Source: a virus
Lineage: Duplodnaviria; Caudoviricetes
IMG/VR virus record: IMGVR_UViG_3300049173_000082
Coordinates: 1 to 59,661 of that record
Direction: 5' to 3' (one strand)
DNA length: 59,661 nucleotides
The number at the start of each line of letters is the position of its first letter. Positions within the stretch are counted from its first letter, which is position 1. This document shows, piece by piece, positions 27,120 to 35,370 of the stretch. Position numbers and translations under genes: made by a program. The notes below the pieces were generated by a model. That model saw nothing but the letters and a program-made list of their open reading frames with translations, ran no database searches and was not told the DNA's origin.

Positions 27120-28748
27120 TCAGGCGATGCCGAGCAAGCAGTCCAGGTAGGCGATACCCGAGCCAGGATCGAGGGTGCCGGGCAGAGCGGACGCACCTTC
27201 GGTGCGCACCGCGTTCGGTGTGCCGCTGGTGTTGAGAAGCCAGGCGAACTCGCCCACGTTGTCGATCTCACTGAAGGCCAACTGAGGGCCGGTGTCGAGG
27301 GTGGACAGCGCGACGATCCACACGTAGTCGCCGGTCGTGGCCGCGGGTGTGGTGAGTGCGGCGGTCCGCCAGGTTTCGGCGGACCCGGTGGTGAACGCGC
27401 CGGCAACATCAGCGCTGCTTCCGAGTGGCGCCAGGTCTTCCTGGTAGACACCGAACCGAAGAGCCCCGGCACCAGATCCGAGCGCCTTGATCGGCACCCG
27501 AACACTGGACACTGTCTCACCAGCGGGCAGGGCCACGCGCATCTGGTAGAGCCGCTGACTGGACATGGCGATGAACTTGAGCCCGCCACTGGCGGTGCCC
27601 ACGCTGAGGTCATGCGGGTCCATCGTGATGGCCTTGCAGCCATAGCGACGAGCGACCGGATCGACCGAGGAACCGCCACCGGCGGGTGCGTCGACCCAGC
27701 CGACCGCTCCAGCCACGACGCCGAGGACTTGGCCGTCAGCACCCTTGGCGAGTCGCGTGAGCGCGTCAGGCCCGCTGCCGACGAGGAGATCGCCAGCGGC
27801 GTCGACGAGCGAGGCCTGCACCTTCCCGTCCAACGCAGTCTGTAGACCGCTCACGTCCGAGACGGCGTGACCGTGGACGGTCGCTGCTTTCCCGTCGAGC
27901 ACGGCTTGAAGACCGGTCACGTTCGCGATGGTGTGGCTGTGGACCGTGGCGGCCTTGCCGTCCAGCTCGGTCTGCAGCCCGGTGACGTTGCCGATGGTGT
28001 GAGTGTGCGTGGCCGGCGCGGCACCGATGTCGTCCGGGCTGTCCGGTATGGACGGCTTGCCGGTGAGATCCCCGTACGCGCCGCTGGTGGCGACGGTAGC
28101 GAGCTGGCCGGGTTGCGTAGCGGTGTCGGCCTTGCCGAGGCTTGCCTGCACTGCGGCAGCGAGGTCGCTGCCGGGGATGCCGCTGCCAGGCTTGACGTAC
28201 TTCCCAGCGAGGCCGGGCACGGTCGGTGCGCCGGCCGTGCCCGCGAGATCCCCTGCGAGCTGGACGATGCCCTTCGTCGTCGTGGTCGCGTCCGGCATGT
28301 CTCCGCCACCACTGCCCGCGGGCAGGAACTGCGGAGGCACCTTGCCGTCCTCGTCTAGCGGCGGGATACCGCCCGGCACGCCGATCTCGGCGCGTGGCAC
28401 GTACAGCGACGCCAGATCCGGCGACACCGGGACCAGCGTGTCCGGGTCAACCAGGATGTTCGCCAGCTCCACCGGTCCGGAGCTCGGCACTACGCAGTGC
28501 CACTCCAGTTCGGTGCCCGCGACCCGGACCGTGTAGTGCGTACCGGACGCGGCGATCTCGAGCTGTGGTGTGAGCTTCAGTTCCACGAGCCCGGCGGTAT
28601 CGCTGATCGCGCGGGCAACCAAGACGATCGAGCCGGTGTGGTTGGCCAGGAACGGCGCCGGGGCAATGAGCTCCGCTGTCACCGTGCGTCCGGCGACCGG
28701 AGACTCGTCGGCGGCAAAAAGCTTGTGGCGCACGGTGACAACGGACAT
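27120..28748 (-). CDS. Tail fibre / receptor-binding protein
   Basis: DATTTTKGIVQLAGDL and three H(T/S/G)H....V(T/S)GLQ..LDGK tail repeats. Confidence 0.85.
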   Translation of the reverse strand: MSVVTVRHKLFAADESPVAGRTVTAELIAPAPFLANHTGSIVLVARAISDTAGLVELKLTPQLEIAASGTHYTVRVAGTELEWHCVVPSSGPVELANILVDPDTLVPVSPDLASLYVPRAEIGVPGGIPPLDEDGKVPPQFLPAGSGGGDMPDATTTTKGIVQLAGDLAGTAGAPTVPGLAGKYVKPGSGIPGSDLAAAVQASLGKADTATQPGQLATVATSGAYGDLTGKPSIPDSPDDIGAAPATHTHTIGNVTGLQTELDGKAATVHSHTIANVTGLQAVLDGKAATVHGHAVSDVSGLQTALDGKVQASLVDAAGDLLVGSGPDALTRLAKGADGQVLGVVAGAVGWVDAPAGGGSSVDPVARRYGCKAITMDPHDLSVGTASGGLKFIAMSSQRLYQMRVALPAGETVSSVRVPIKALGSGAGALRFGVYQEDLAPLGSSADVAGAFTTGSAETWRTAALTTPAATTGDYVWIVALSTLDTGPQLAFSEIDNVGEFAWLLNTSGTPNAVRTEGASALPGTLDPGSGIAYLDCLLGIA

Positions 28749-28751
28749 GGC

Positions 28752-28994
28752 TTACGCCTCCTGGTCCTGCTCAATAGTGAGAACCCGCGGCGTGTGCCTC
28801 GTAGCCCAGCCCACGGCGAACGTCACAGCACCAGTCACTGCCGACAGGACGGCCGAGCTCACGAACGTCGCCAGGAACTCAGGAACCTCGCCACCCTTGA
28901 ACAGGTACTGCGACAGCAGCCCAAGCACGAGCGTGGCCACCACGCTCGCCAGCGTGGACGTCTTCACCTTCGCCTCGATCGGCGCGCCGGCCAT
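28752..28994 (-). CDS. Holin-like protein
   Basis: Two TM helices; APIEAKVK..; follows the endolysin. Confidence 0.7.
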   Translation of the reverse strand: MAGAPIEAKVKTSTLASVVATLVLGLLSQYLFKGGEVPEFLATFVSSAVLSAVTGAVTFAVGWATRHTPRVLTIEQDQEA

Positions 28995-29860
28995 CAGGCT
29001 GCACCCCTCTGCGCCAGCTTCTCGCCGAGCTTCAGCACGATCGCGTCGGCCTGCTCCTCGTTGTCCTCGCCGAGCACTTCGCGCACGGCTTCCTGGATGT
29101 GCGGCAGCTGCGCGGCCGCGACCTGCTCGGCCGTCGGCGTGTGCTTCGCCACGGCCGTGTCGACCATCGCGTTGAGCTGTTCCGGCGTCACATCGCGGTC
29201 AGCGGTTGCCAGCGCGACGAGCGCCGCCAGCTGGGTGTTGACTTGCCGGAAGTTGTTCGCGTTCCAGGACGCTTCCAGCTCAATCGAGGTGGTGGCCTCG
29301 GGGTTCTTGTCGCCCTTGGCGGGGATCGGACCGCTGACCAGGATCGTTCGAAGCTGACCGGCGACATCGGCGGCCCGGCCCTCGGCTGCCTCCTGGATCA
29401 CTCGCCTGAAACCGTTGTAGGCGTCCTGTTCGCTCACGTCGTCCTCCTGAGTCAGCCCTGGCAAGGACCAGGGGCGGGCGTCGTCCGCGCTGGCGGTTGC
29501 CATCACGGACAGGTGCAGGTGCTGGTAGTGGCCGCTGCTGGGCTGCCAGGTCCACGGCCTGAACTCGGGCCGGCTGTCGACGATGCGGCCCTGCCAGATC
29601 AGGTACTTGATGCGTGGATCGCGGCTCGCGATCAGCGCGGCGGCGAGCTTGTTGCAGTCCAGTCCGCCGGCCGGGTCGTGCGTGAAGTCCCGTGCGGTGA
29701 CGATCCCCGGCCCGTACCACGGGTTGTGGTCGGATGCTGATCCCTCCGCCTGGTGTGCGGCATCGCCGATCGAGCCGTCAGACGCTCGGGATCGGTTCGG
29801 TGCCAAGGAGTTGAGCTGCTGAAGCAGCTTGTCCAGCGAGTACGCGACGCGCCAGGTCAT
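28994..29860 (-). CDS. Endolysin (Zn peptidase-like)
   Basis: SDGSIGDAAH..SDHNP..ARDFTHD..HYQHLHLSV; lysis-cassette position. Confidence 0.75.
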   Translation of the reverse strand: MTWRVAYSLDKLLQQLNSLAPNRSRASDGSIGDAAHQAEGSASDHNPWYGPGIVTARDFTHDPAGGLDCNKLAAALIASRDPRIKYLIWQGRIVDSRPEFRPWTWQPSSGHYQHLHLSVMATASADDARPWSLPGLTQEDDVSEQDAYNGFRRVIQEAAEGRAADVAGQLRTILVSGPIPAKGDKNPEATTSIELEASWNANNFRQVNTQLAALVALATADRDVTPEQLNAMVDTAVAKHTPTAEQVAAAQLPHIQEAVREVLGEDNEEQADAIVLKLGEKLAQRGAA

Positions 29861-29987
29861 GTGTGATCACCTCACGTGGGGAAGGGGATGAGCTGCCGCA
29901 CACGTCGCGCGGCGACGGCGGGTTCGGGTGACGGGCGCAGGACGAGGTACACCGCGCCGATGAGTGCGGAGTCGCCCATGGGTCACC

Positions 29988-30533
29988 TCACCGGCACAGG
30001 TCGCGTGGTGATGGAGGGAAGGGGTTCTCCTGCTGCTTGCGTGTCAGCTCGTTCTGCTTCTGCAGGTACTCACGAGTCGCGTCGGCGAACCTTTGGCGAG
30101 CCGCGGCCGGGTCGCCGCCAAGCCGGCCGTTACTGATCAGCTCGTCGAGGATCGTCATCCACCGCACAAGCGCTTCACGTTCGACCCCTGACGCGGCTTG
30201 GCGCGCTGCGAGGGCGTCGGCGAATCCAGTCTGATAAGCCCGCTGGCAGGCGACGACGCCCTGGATCTGCTCATTGGTGACGTAGGCCTGCACGGCGGAT
30301 CCGATGAACAGCAGCACGACGAACGTGTCCAGGATGCGCCGCGGCCAGCGGCGCGGTCGCGGCGCCTTGGATGGTGCCTCGTCGGTTTCCTGGTGCTGTG
30401 CCACTGTTTCCTCCCCGGCCTGAGCGTTAGCGATGCGCTGCACTTCGCGGCGCATCCGGGTCCACTGCGCGCCTGCGAACACGCCGAGCACGAACCAGCC
30501 GAGTGCGGACAGCACGTAGATCAGTGGGTTCAT
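29988..30533 (-). CDS. Membrane protein of the lysis cassette
   Basis: Two TM segments plus coiled coil. Confidence 0.75.
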   Translation of the reverse strand: MNPLIYVLSALGWFVLGVFAGAQWTRMRREVQRIANAQAGEETVAQHQETDEAPSKAPRPRRWPRRILDTFVVLLFIGSAVQAYVTNEQIQGVVACQRAYQTGFADALAARQAASGVEREALVRWMTILDELISNGRLGGDPAAARQRFADATREYLQKQNELTRKQQENPFPPSPRDLCR

Positions 30534-30778
30534 GGGCTGTCACCTCGAGGCGGCTTCTCGTCGGCGGCTTTGCCGCTGATGGCGTCGACGATGTTCTTCG
30601 CGGCCTCGGCGGCTCTGGGCCGCACGACGTACAAGGAACCGACGACCGCTCCGAAGATGAAGTTGACGGCGGTCTCGGTCTGTCCGATGCCGAGCCAGCC
30701 GACGACCAGGTTGGCAAGCCAGGCCAGCGAGATGATGACTGTCAGGGCAATCCACAGCGGTCTGGGCAGCAGCTGCAC
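30530..30778 (-). CDS. Small membrane protein (holin-like)
   Basis: Two TM segments, ATGA coupling. Confidence 0.7.
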   Translation of the reverse strand: MQLLPRPLWIALTVIISLAWLANLVVGWLGIGQTETAVNFIFGAVVGSLYVVRPRAAEAAKNIVDAISGKAADEKPPRGDSP

Positions 30779-30906
30779 GCGGCACCTCCAGCAGGGGTCA
30801 GATGTGTGTGCCGGGTGATGCCGGTCAACGAGGGCGTGACGCCGCGCGTCATAGAAGCGATGTAGTCAGCAGGCGCCGTGGTAGGCGCGAGCTTCCGGAG
30901 GTCGCT

Positions 30907-31323
30907 TTGGAGAAGAAGCAGGTCAGCGTTCTCGTGACCGCTGGGGCTGTCGCCGCGGTCCTGATCGGAGGCGGCATCACCGTCGCGCTCGCCTCAGGCA
31001 GCGACCCAGCGCCCGCAGGGACAGAGCAGCTGCCGACCGTTGTCACGAGCACGACGACGTCGACCAGCTCGGCCACCACGAGCACGAGCACGACGCCGCC
31101 GGTGTCGCCGAGCGCTACGGCACCCGCGCCGTTGCCCGTTCAGCCACCTGCACCGAGAGACAATCGCGTCATGACCGAACCGCAGCCAGAGCCGCAGCCC
31201 GTGCCCGTTCCGACCGACTCGAACGGCAACCCGCTCAACCCGACCAACGGACACGAGCCGCCCCCGCCGCCGCCTCCCGCGCATCCGTCGCCGAGCTGGG
31301 AGCAGGCTCCCCCATCAAACTGA
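30907..31323 (+). CDS. Membrane-anchored/secreted Thr/Pro-rich protein (moron)
   Basis: TTG start after ggagg; KK plus hydrophobic helix; T-rich and poly-P tail; opposite strand to the late operon. Confidence 0.65.
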   Translation: MEKKQVSVLVTAGAVAAVLIGGGITVALASGSDPAPAGTEQLPTVVTSTTTSTSSATTSTSTTPPVSPSATAPAPLPVQPPAPRDNRVMTEPQPEPQPVPVPTDSNGNPLNPTNGHEPPPPPPPAHPSPSWEQAPPSN

Positions 31324-32052
31324 CTGTCGCTGCGTCGCGACGAGAACGCCACCGACCGATCCGGCTCCGTTCGTGCGCTGCACCTGCAGCTCAACACGGA
31401 CGTACGAGCTAATCGCGCCGGGGAGCGTGAAAGGCGAGATCGACGACCAGGCGAACGCACCAGAAGCGATCGACATAACGGCACCGACAGGGTTGCCGTT
31501 GATCGTGTATCGGGCCTCTCCGACGCCGCCGCCCGTCGAGTAGAGCAAGGCCTGTACCTCGATCGCGGGCTGCTGCTTGAGAATCCATCCCGTGCTGTAG
31601 ACGGAAACCCATGTCGCACCGGTGGTGACCGGGATGGACGAGCTGAGCACCGGCACAGTGGGCATCGAGAGCCACGGCTTAGCGATACCCCCGCCTGAAA
31701 CCCCGTCGTCAGAGAACAAGATGTTTCCCTGGTTGTCGAGCCAGGCGAAGAACACCTTGTCCGGATCGCCGCCCACAATGTTGGTGTAGAAGAGAAACGA
31801 CCCGTTCTCGCGGCGCAGGATGAAGCCGCGGAACGGCGTGCTGCCCGAGATCAGACGGCCGAGCAGGAACATCTGCACGCCGTCCTCGGTGTCCACGCGA
31901 AGCTCGCCGCCACCACGGATCTGCAGGCCGCCCTCCGGGATGACGACGTTGCGCAGCGTGCGGCCGTTCTCCAGCGTGCTGATCCGCTGCTCCAGCTTGC
32001 GGATGTAGTCGAGGTAGTCGGTGCTGGGCACCTGGCCGTCGATCGCCATCAC
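31315..32052 (-). CDS. Minor tail protein
   Basis: N-terminal coiled coil IRKLEQRISTLE; tail-tip position. Confidence 0.8.
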   Translation of the reverse strand: MMAIDGQVPSTDYLDYIRKLEQRISTLENGRTLRNVVIPEGGLQIRGGGELRVDTEDGVQMFLLGRLISGSTPFRGFILRRENGSFLFYTNIVGGDPDKVFFAWLDNQGNILFSDDGVSGGGIAKPWLSMPTVPVLSSSIPVTTGATWVSVYSTGWILKQQPAIEVQALLYSTGGGVGEARYTINGNPVGAVMSIASGAFAWSSISPFTLPGAISSYVRVELQVQRTNGAGSVGGVLVATQRQSV

Positions 32053-33212
32053 GCCCCCTGGCTGGTGAGTGCGGTGGTGACGGTGACCTTGTCCGTGTGG
32101 TCACCGGAGATGCCAACAATGCGCCGTTGGTGCAGGTCGGAACCCAGCCACCAGTGCTGCGAGGTGCGGATGGTGCTCATGTCGCCAGCGGCGTACGTGC
32201 CGAGTTGGGGTTTGCCGTTGGCGTCCACAGTGAGCGTGAGCGATTCCAGGCCGCGTTCGAACACTGTGGCGTTAGCGGCCGCGGCCGCATTGAGGGTGTC
32301 GAGGTTGCTGGTGCTGCCTCGGCTTGAGTCCACGCGGTCCATCAGCGGCACGCCAGCGGCGAGCATCGCGCCGGCGTAGGCGACTCCGACGGGCCGGTCG
32401 TAGTCGGTGCCGTCGCCCGGTACGTAGTGCCATGCGCCAGCCTGGCTGTGGTCGTAGTCGGGCACGACGTCGAGCGCGGATCCTGGGCATTCCCAGTGGT
32501 GTGTGGAGTCGCCGATCCAGGGTTCGCCGATGTCGACGCGCAGCGTGATCCACTGTTGGTCCGCCGACAGCACCGGGGTGACGCGGATGTCCGGGCCGTC
32601 CTCGTCGTCGACGAGGTTGGCCAGCGCATCGGTGTAGGTGTCGAACCTGAAGCCGTTGTAGGTGCGGACGTGGCTGCCGCTCGCGCTCGGTGTTGAGATC
32701 GCCAGCGGCAACGCGCCACCGGCCTCACCGATCGCGTGCAATAGCAGCAGCCGTGCGAGCTCGGGCTTGCTCGCCGGGCCCAGTGTGACGTCCGCGGCCT
32801 GGCCAGCAGGGTTGGCGCGCTGGCCGTGCGCGATGATCGAGCGGCGGCGCAGCAGCCCGGCCAGATCGATCGTGCCGATGGTGCAAGACGCCGGCGTCGG
32901 GGACGGGGCGGTGATGAACCCGTAACTGATCGGCGTCCGCCCATAGACGGTGACCAGCATGAACCGCGTCCCGTCTCCGGCGAATGTGCGGACGCGTTCG
33001 GTGACGGTCTGCCCGCCCGCGATCGGTGTCCCGTCGAGCGGCACCGTCACCTCGAGATCGGTGCCGGACCCGAAACGCAGGCCCCGCGACCATCGCATGC
33101 TGCTCAGAGGCAGGCTCGCGACGCGATGGCCGGTGACCGACTCCGCGACCAGCAGCGACCAGGACGGCGACACTGGCGTCGGCGTGCCTGCTCCGGTGAG
33201 GGCGATGGTCAT
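32049..33212 (-). CDS. Minor tail protein (Tal/baseplate hub-like)
   Basis: Synteny; PQLGTYAAGD..HWWL..RRIVGISG C-terminus. Confidence 0.8.
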   Translation of the reverse strand: MTIALTGAGTPTPVSPSWSLLVAESVTGHRVASLPLSSMRWSRGLRFGSGTDLEVTVPLDGTPIAGGQTVTERVRTFAGDGTRFMLVTVYGRTPISYGFITAPSPTPASCTIGTIDLAGLLRRRSIIAHGQRANPAGQAADVTLGPASKPELARLLLLHAIGEAGGALPLAISTPSASGSHVRTYNGFRFDTYTDALANLVDDEDGPDIRVTPVLSADQQWITLRVDIGEPWIGDSTHHWECPGSALDVVPDYDHSQAGAWHYVPGDGTDYDRPVGVAYAGAMLAAGVPLMDRVDSSRGSTSNLDTLNAAAAANATVFERGLESLTLTVDANGKPQLGTYAAGDMSTIRTSQHWWLGSDLHQRRIVGISGDHTDKVTVTTALTSQGA

Positions 33213-34375
33213 GTGGTGGTCTCGAATTCGAAGTCGATCCAGACTCGGATGTTGTCACCGAGGGTGTATTGGCCAGCCAGCAGCGGCACGCCGGTGCCAG
33301 GGCTGGGACTGGCGGGGTTGGCGTTTGTGAGCGGGCCCATGCTGGACGCGCTGGCGCTGGCGGGGAAGTAGATGTCCAGGATCGTGGCCGAGTCGCTGAC
33401 CCACACGGCGCCATCGAACGACTTGTCGGCGGCCGGGCTGTAGTAGGTGGCCGAGCCGGCGCGCTGACGGATTCCGGCGATGGACACTAGGCCGGCTGGT
33501 AGGTCCATCGTCACGACGCCGCTGCCGCCGCTGCCACCAACGCCCATCAGTAGCTCGGCGTGACCGCGGATGATGCGGCCCTGGCGGGAGTACCGGCCAA
33601 CGAGGCGGCCGCCGGTGCCCAGGCCGACCACTCCGGCGGGGTTGCCGCTCCCGCCGCTGTAGCGGAACACGGGCGTGAAGCTCGTTCGTGCACCGGCGGT
33701 GAGCATCTGGATCCACGCCGCCGCCGTGTTGTCCCAGATGTCGAGCTGGCCGGCCGTGGAGACGCGAAGGTCCCACGGGTAGGCGCCGGCCCTCGCTTCG
33801 GCGTTGAGGCTGTACCTCACTCCGCCAGGCGAGCGGGTCCACACGCGACGATCGGTCTGGAGTTTGTCAGTGGCGATGGTGAGCGCGCCCGCGAGCACCT
33901 GGTAGTTCCGCAAGGGGAAACAACTCGGGATGGCGGACAGGTCAGGCGGCGCCTGGGAGCCGTCCTCTGGTCCCTTGACGATCTCGATGAACGCGCCCTT
34001 GCTGCCGATGACGTTCGCGGCGTCGCCGAGGTCGGAGTCTCGGATCCGCACGATCACCGTGTCGACGCGGGCGTTGGTGGCGTGCGCAGCGGGCACGTCG
34101 ATGTTGGCGGCTGCGGCGAACACCGCCACAAACGCCTGCTGGTTGGTGCGCGGCACGACCACGGCACCGGCCGACACGGTCAACGCCATTGACGCGGACG
34201 GCGTGGTCGCAGTCACGGTCAACTCGCTGCCTACACCAGGGATCACACCGCCGAGGCCGCCGACCGCACTGCCGGCGCTGTGGCCCATCAGCACGGCGAT
34301 GGCTGCGCGCGCTTCCAGCGGGCTGACCTTTTTGTCGATGAACCACGGGTCGAGACCCTGAATCACTGCGGCCAC
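33209..34375 (-). CDS. Minor tail protein
   Basis: VPAAHATNARVDTVIVRIRD motif; GTG start with RBS ggagg. Confidence 0.8.
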   Translation of the reverse strand: MAAVIQGLDPWFIDKKVSPLEARAAIAVLMGHSAGSAVGGLGGVIPGVGSELTVTATTPSASMALTVSAGAVVVPRTNQQAFVAVFAAAANIDVPAAHATNARVDTVIVRIRDSDLGDAANVIGSKGAFIEIVKGPEDGSQAPPDLSAIPSCFPLRNYQVLAGALTIATDKLQTDRRVWTRSPGGVRYSLNAEARAGAYPWDLRVSTAGQLDIWDNTAAAWIQMLTAGARTSFTPVFRYSGGSGNPAGVVGLGTGGRLVGRYSRQGRIIRGHAELLMGVGGSGGSGVVTMDLPAGLVSIAGIRQRAGSATYYSPAADKSFDGAVWVSDSATILDIYFPASASASSMGPLTNANPASPSPGTGVPLLAGQYTLGDNIRVWIDFEFETTT

Positions 34376-34403
34376 GTCAGGACCTCCAGACGGCTGTGAG
34401 GCC

Positions 34404-35339
34404 TCACCATTGGGCGGGCCGTAGGTAGATGCGTGCGCGGGCGCTGATGGCCCCGGAGGTGGCGCGGAACGCCCACGTGGTCTCGGACAGTGGGGCGACG
34501 ACCGGCCAGTCGCCGACGAGGGCGAGCAGACCGCCACGATCCACGCCCTCTGCACCGCCGAGCAGCACCGAGCGGGCCGGGTAGACCAGGCCGCTGTGCT
34601 GGGACTGGTGCTCGCTGGTGTTGATCCACACGCTCTGTCCAGCGGGGACCGTGCCGCCGTAGCGCAGCACGTCGCCGGTGACGATGTCGGCCAGTTCCGG
34701 GTTGACCAGATCCGCGGTTCCGGCGTCGAACTGCACCAGCGGACTGGAGGGCGCGTTGCCGGTGTTGGTGATCGTGACCAAACCGGTGGGCCCGACACCG
34801 CCCGCGTCCAGGCCGCCAGCTGTGGTCGCGTCGAGTCCACCAGCAGTGGTGGCGTCCAGGCCTCCGGTTGGTTCGTCTGGTAGCTCGGCCTCGCCGGAGA
34901 TCCATGGCGCGTACTTGCGTGGGTCCGGGGCGGCGATCTGAATGGCGAACTCGAGGACGTAGCCGCCTGGCTTGATGATCGGGTCGATCACGTCGTCGAG
35001 CTCGACGTCCGCGGTCAGGTCCCCGATCTCCTCGGTGCACAGCAGCGGATACAACCTGCCCGGCTCCGAGCACAAGGCCGCGAGGCGGTGTTCGGCACGA
35101 CGCCGGGCTTCCCAGGTGGTGGCTGCGGCCCAGCAGGTCAGCTCGACGATCCGTTCCCCGCGGTACACCGGAGAGCGGTACGAGCCGTGCCCGCCAGGGC
35201 GGGGCGTGCGGGCGGTGCGCGGCGAGGTTGTGCCGGACCAGCCGACTTCGGACTCAACGACCCACTGCACACCGTCGGCGTCGACGCCGTCGTTGAACCG
35301 CAGGCCGTCCAGCTCCCACTGCACACGCAAGCCCACCAT
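34404..35339 (-). CDS. Distal tail protein (Dit-like)
   Basis: Follows the tape measure; AAPDPRKY and ITNTGNAPS motifs. Confidence 0.85.
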   Translation of the reverse strand: MVGLRVQWELDGLRFNDGVDADGVQWVVESEVGWSGTTSPRTARTPRPGGHGSYRSPVYRGERIVELTCWAAATTWEARRRAEHRLAALCSEPGRLYPLLCTEEIGDLTADVELDDVIDPIIKPGGYVLEFAIQIAAPDPRKYAPWISGEAELPDEPTGGLDATTAGGLDATTAGGLDAGGVGPTGLVTITNTGNAPSSPLVQFDAGTADLVNPELADIVTGDVLRYGGTVPAGQSVWINTSEHQSQHSGLVYPARSVLLGGAEGVDRGGLLALVGDWPVVAPLSETTWAFRATSGAISARARIYLRPAQW

Positions 35340-35370
35340 CGCCCACCCCTTGTCCCGGTCTCGATGGCTT

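Noticed and set aside
27120-28748. Diversity-generating retroelement target or invertible tail fibre
   Set aside because: No reverse transcriptase, template repeat or invertase seen; the repeats are ordinary tail-fibre repeats
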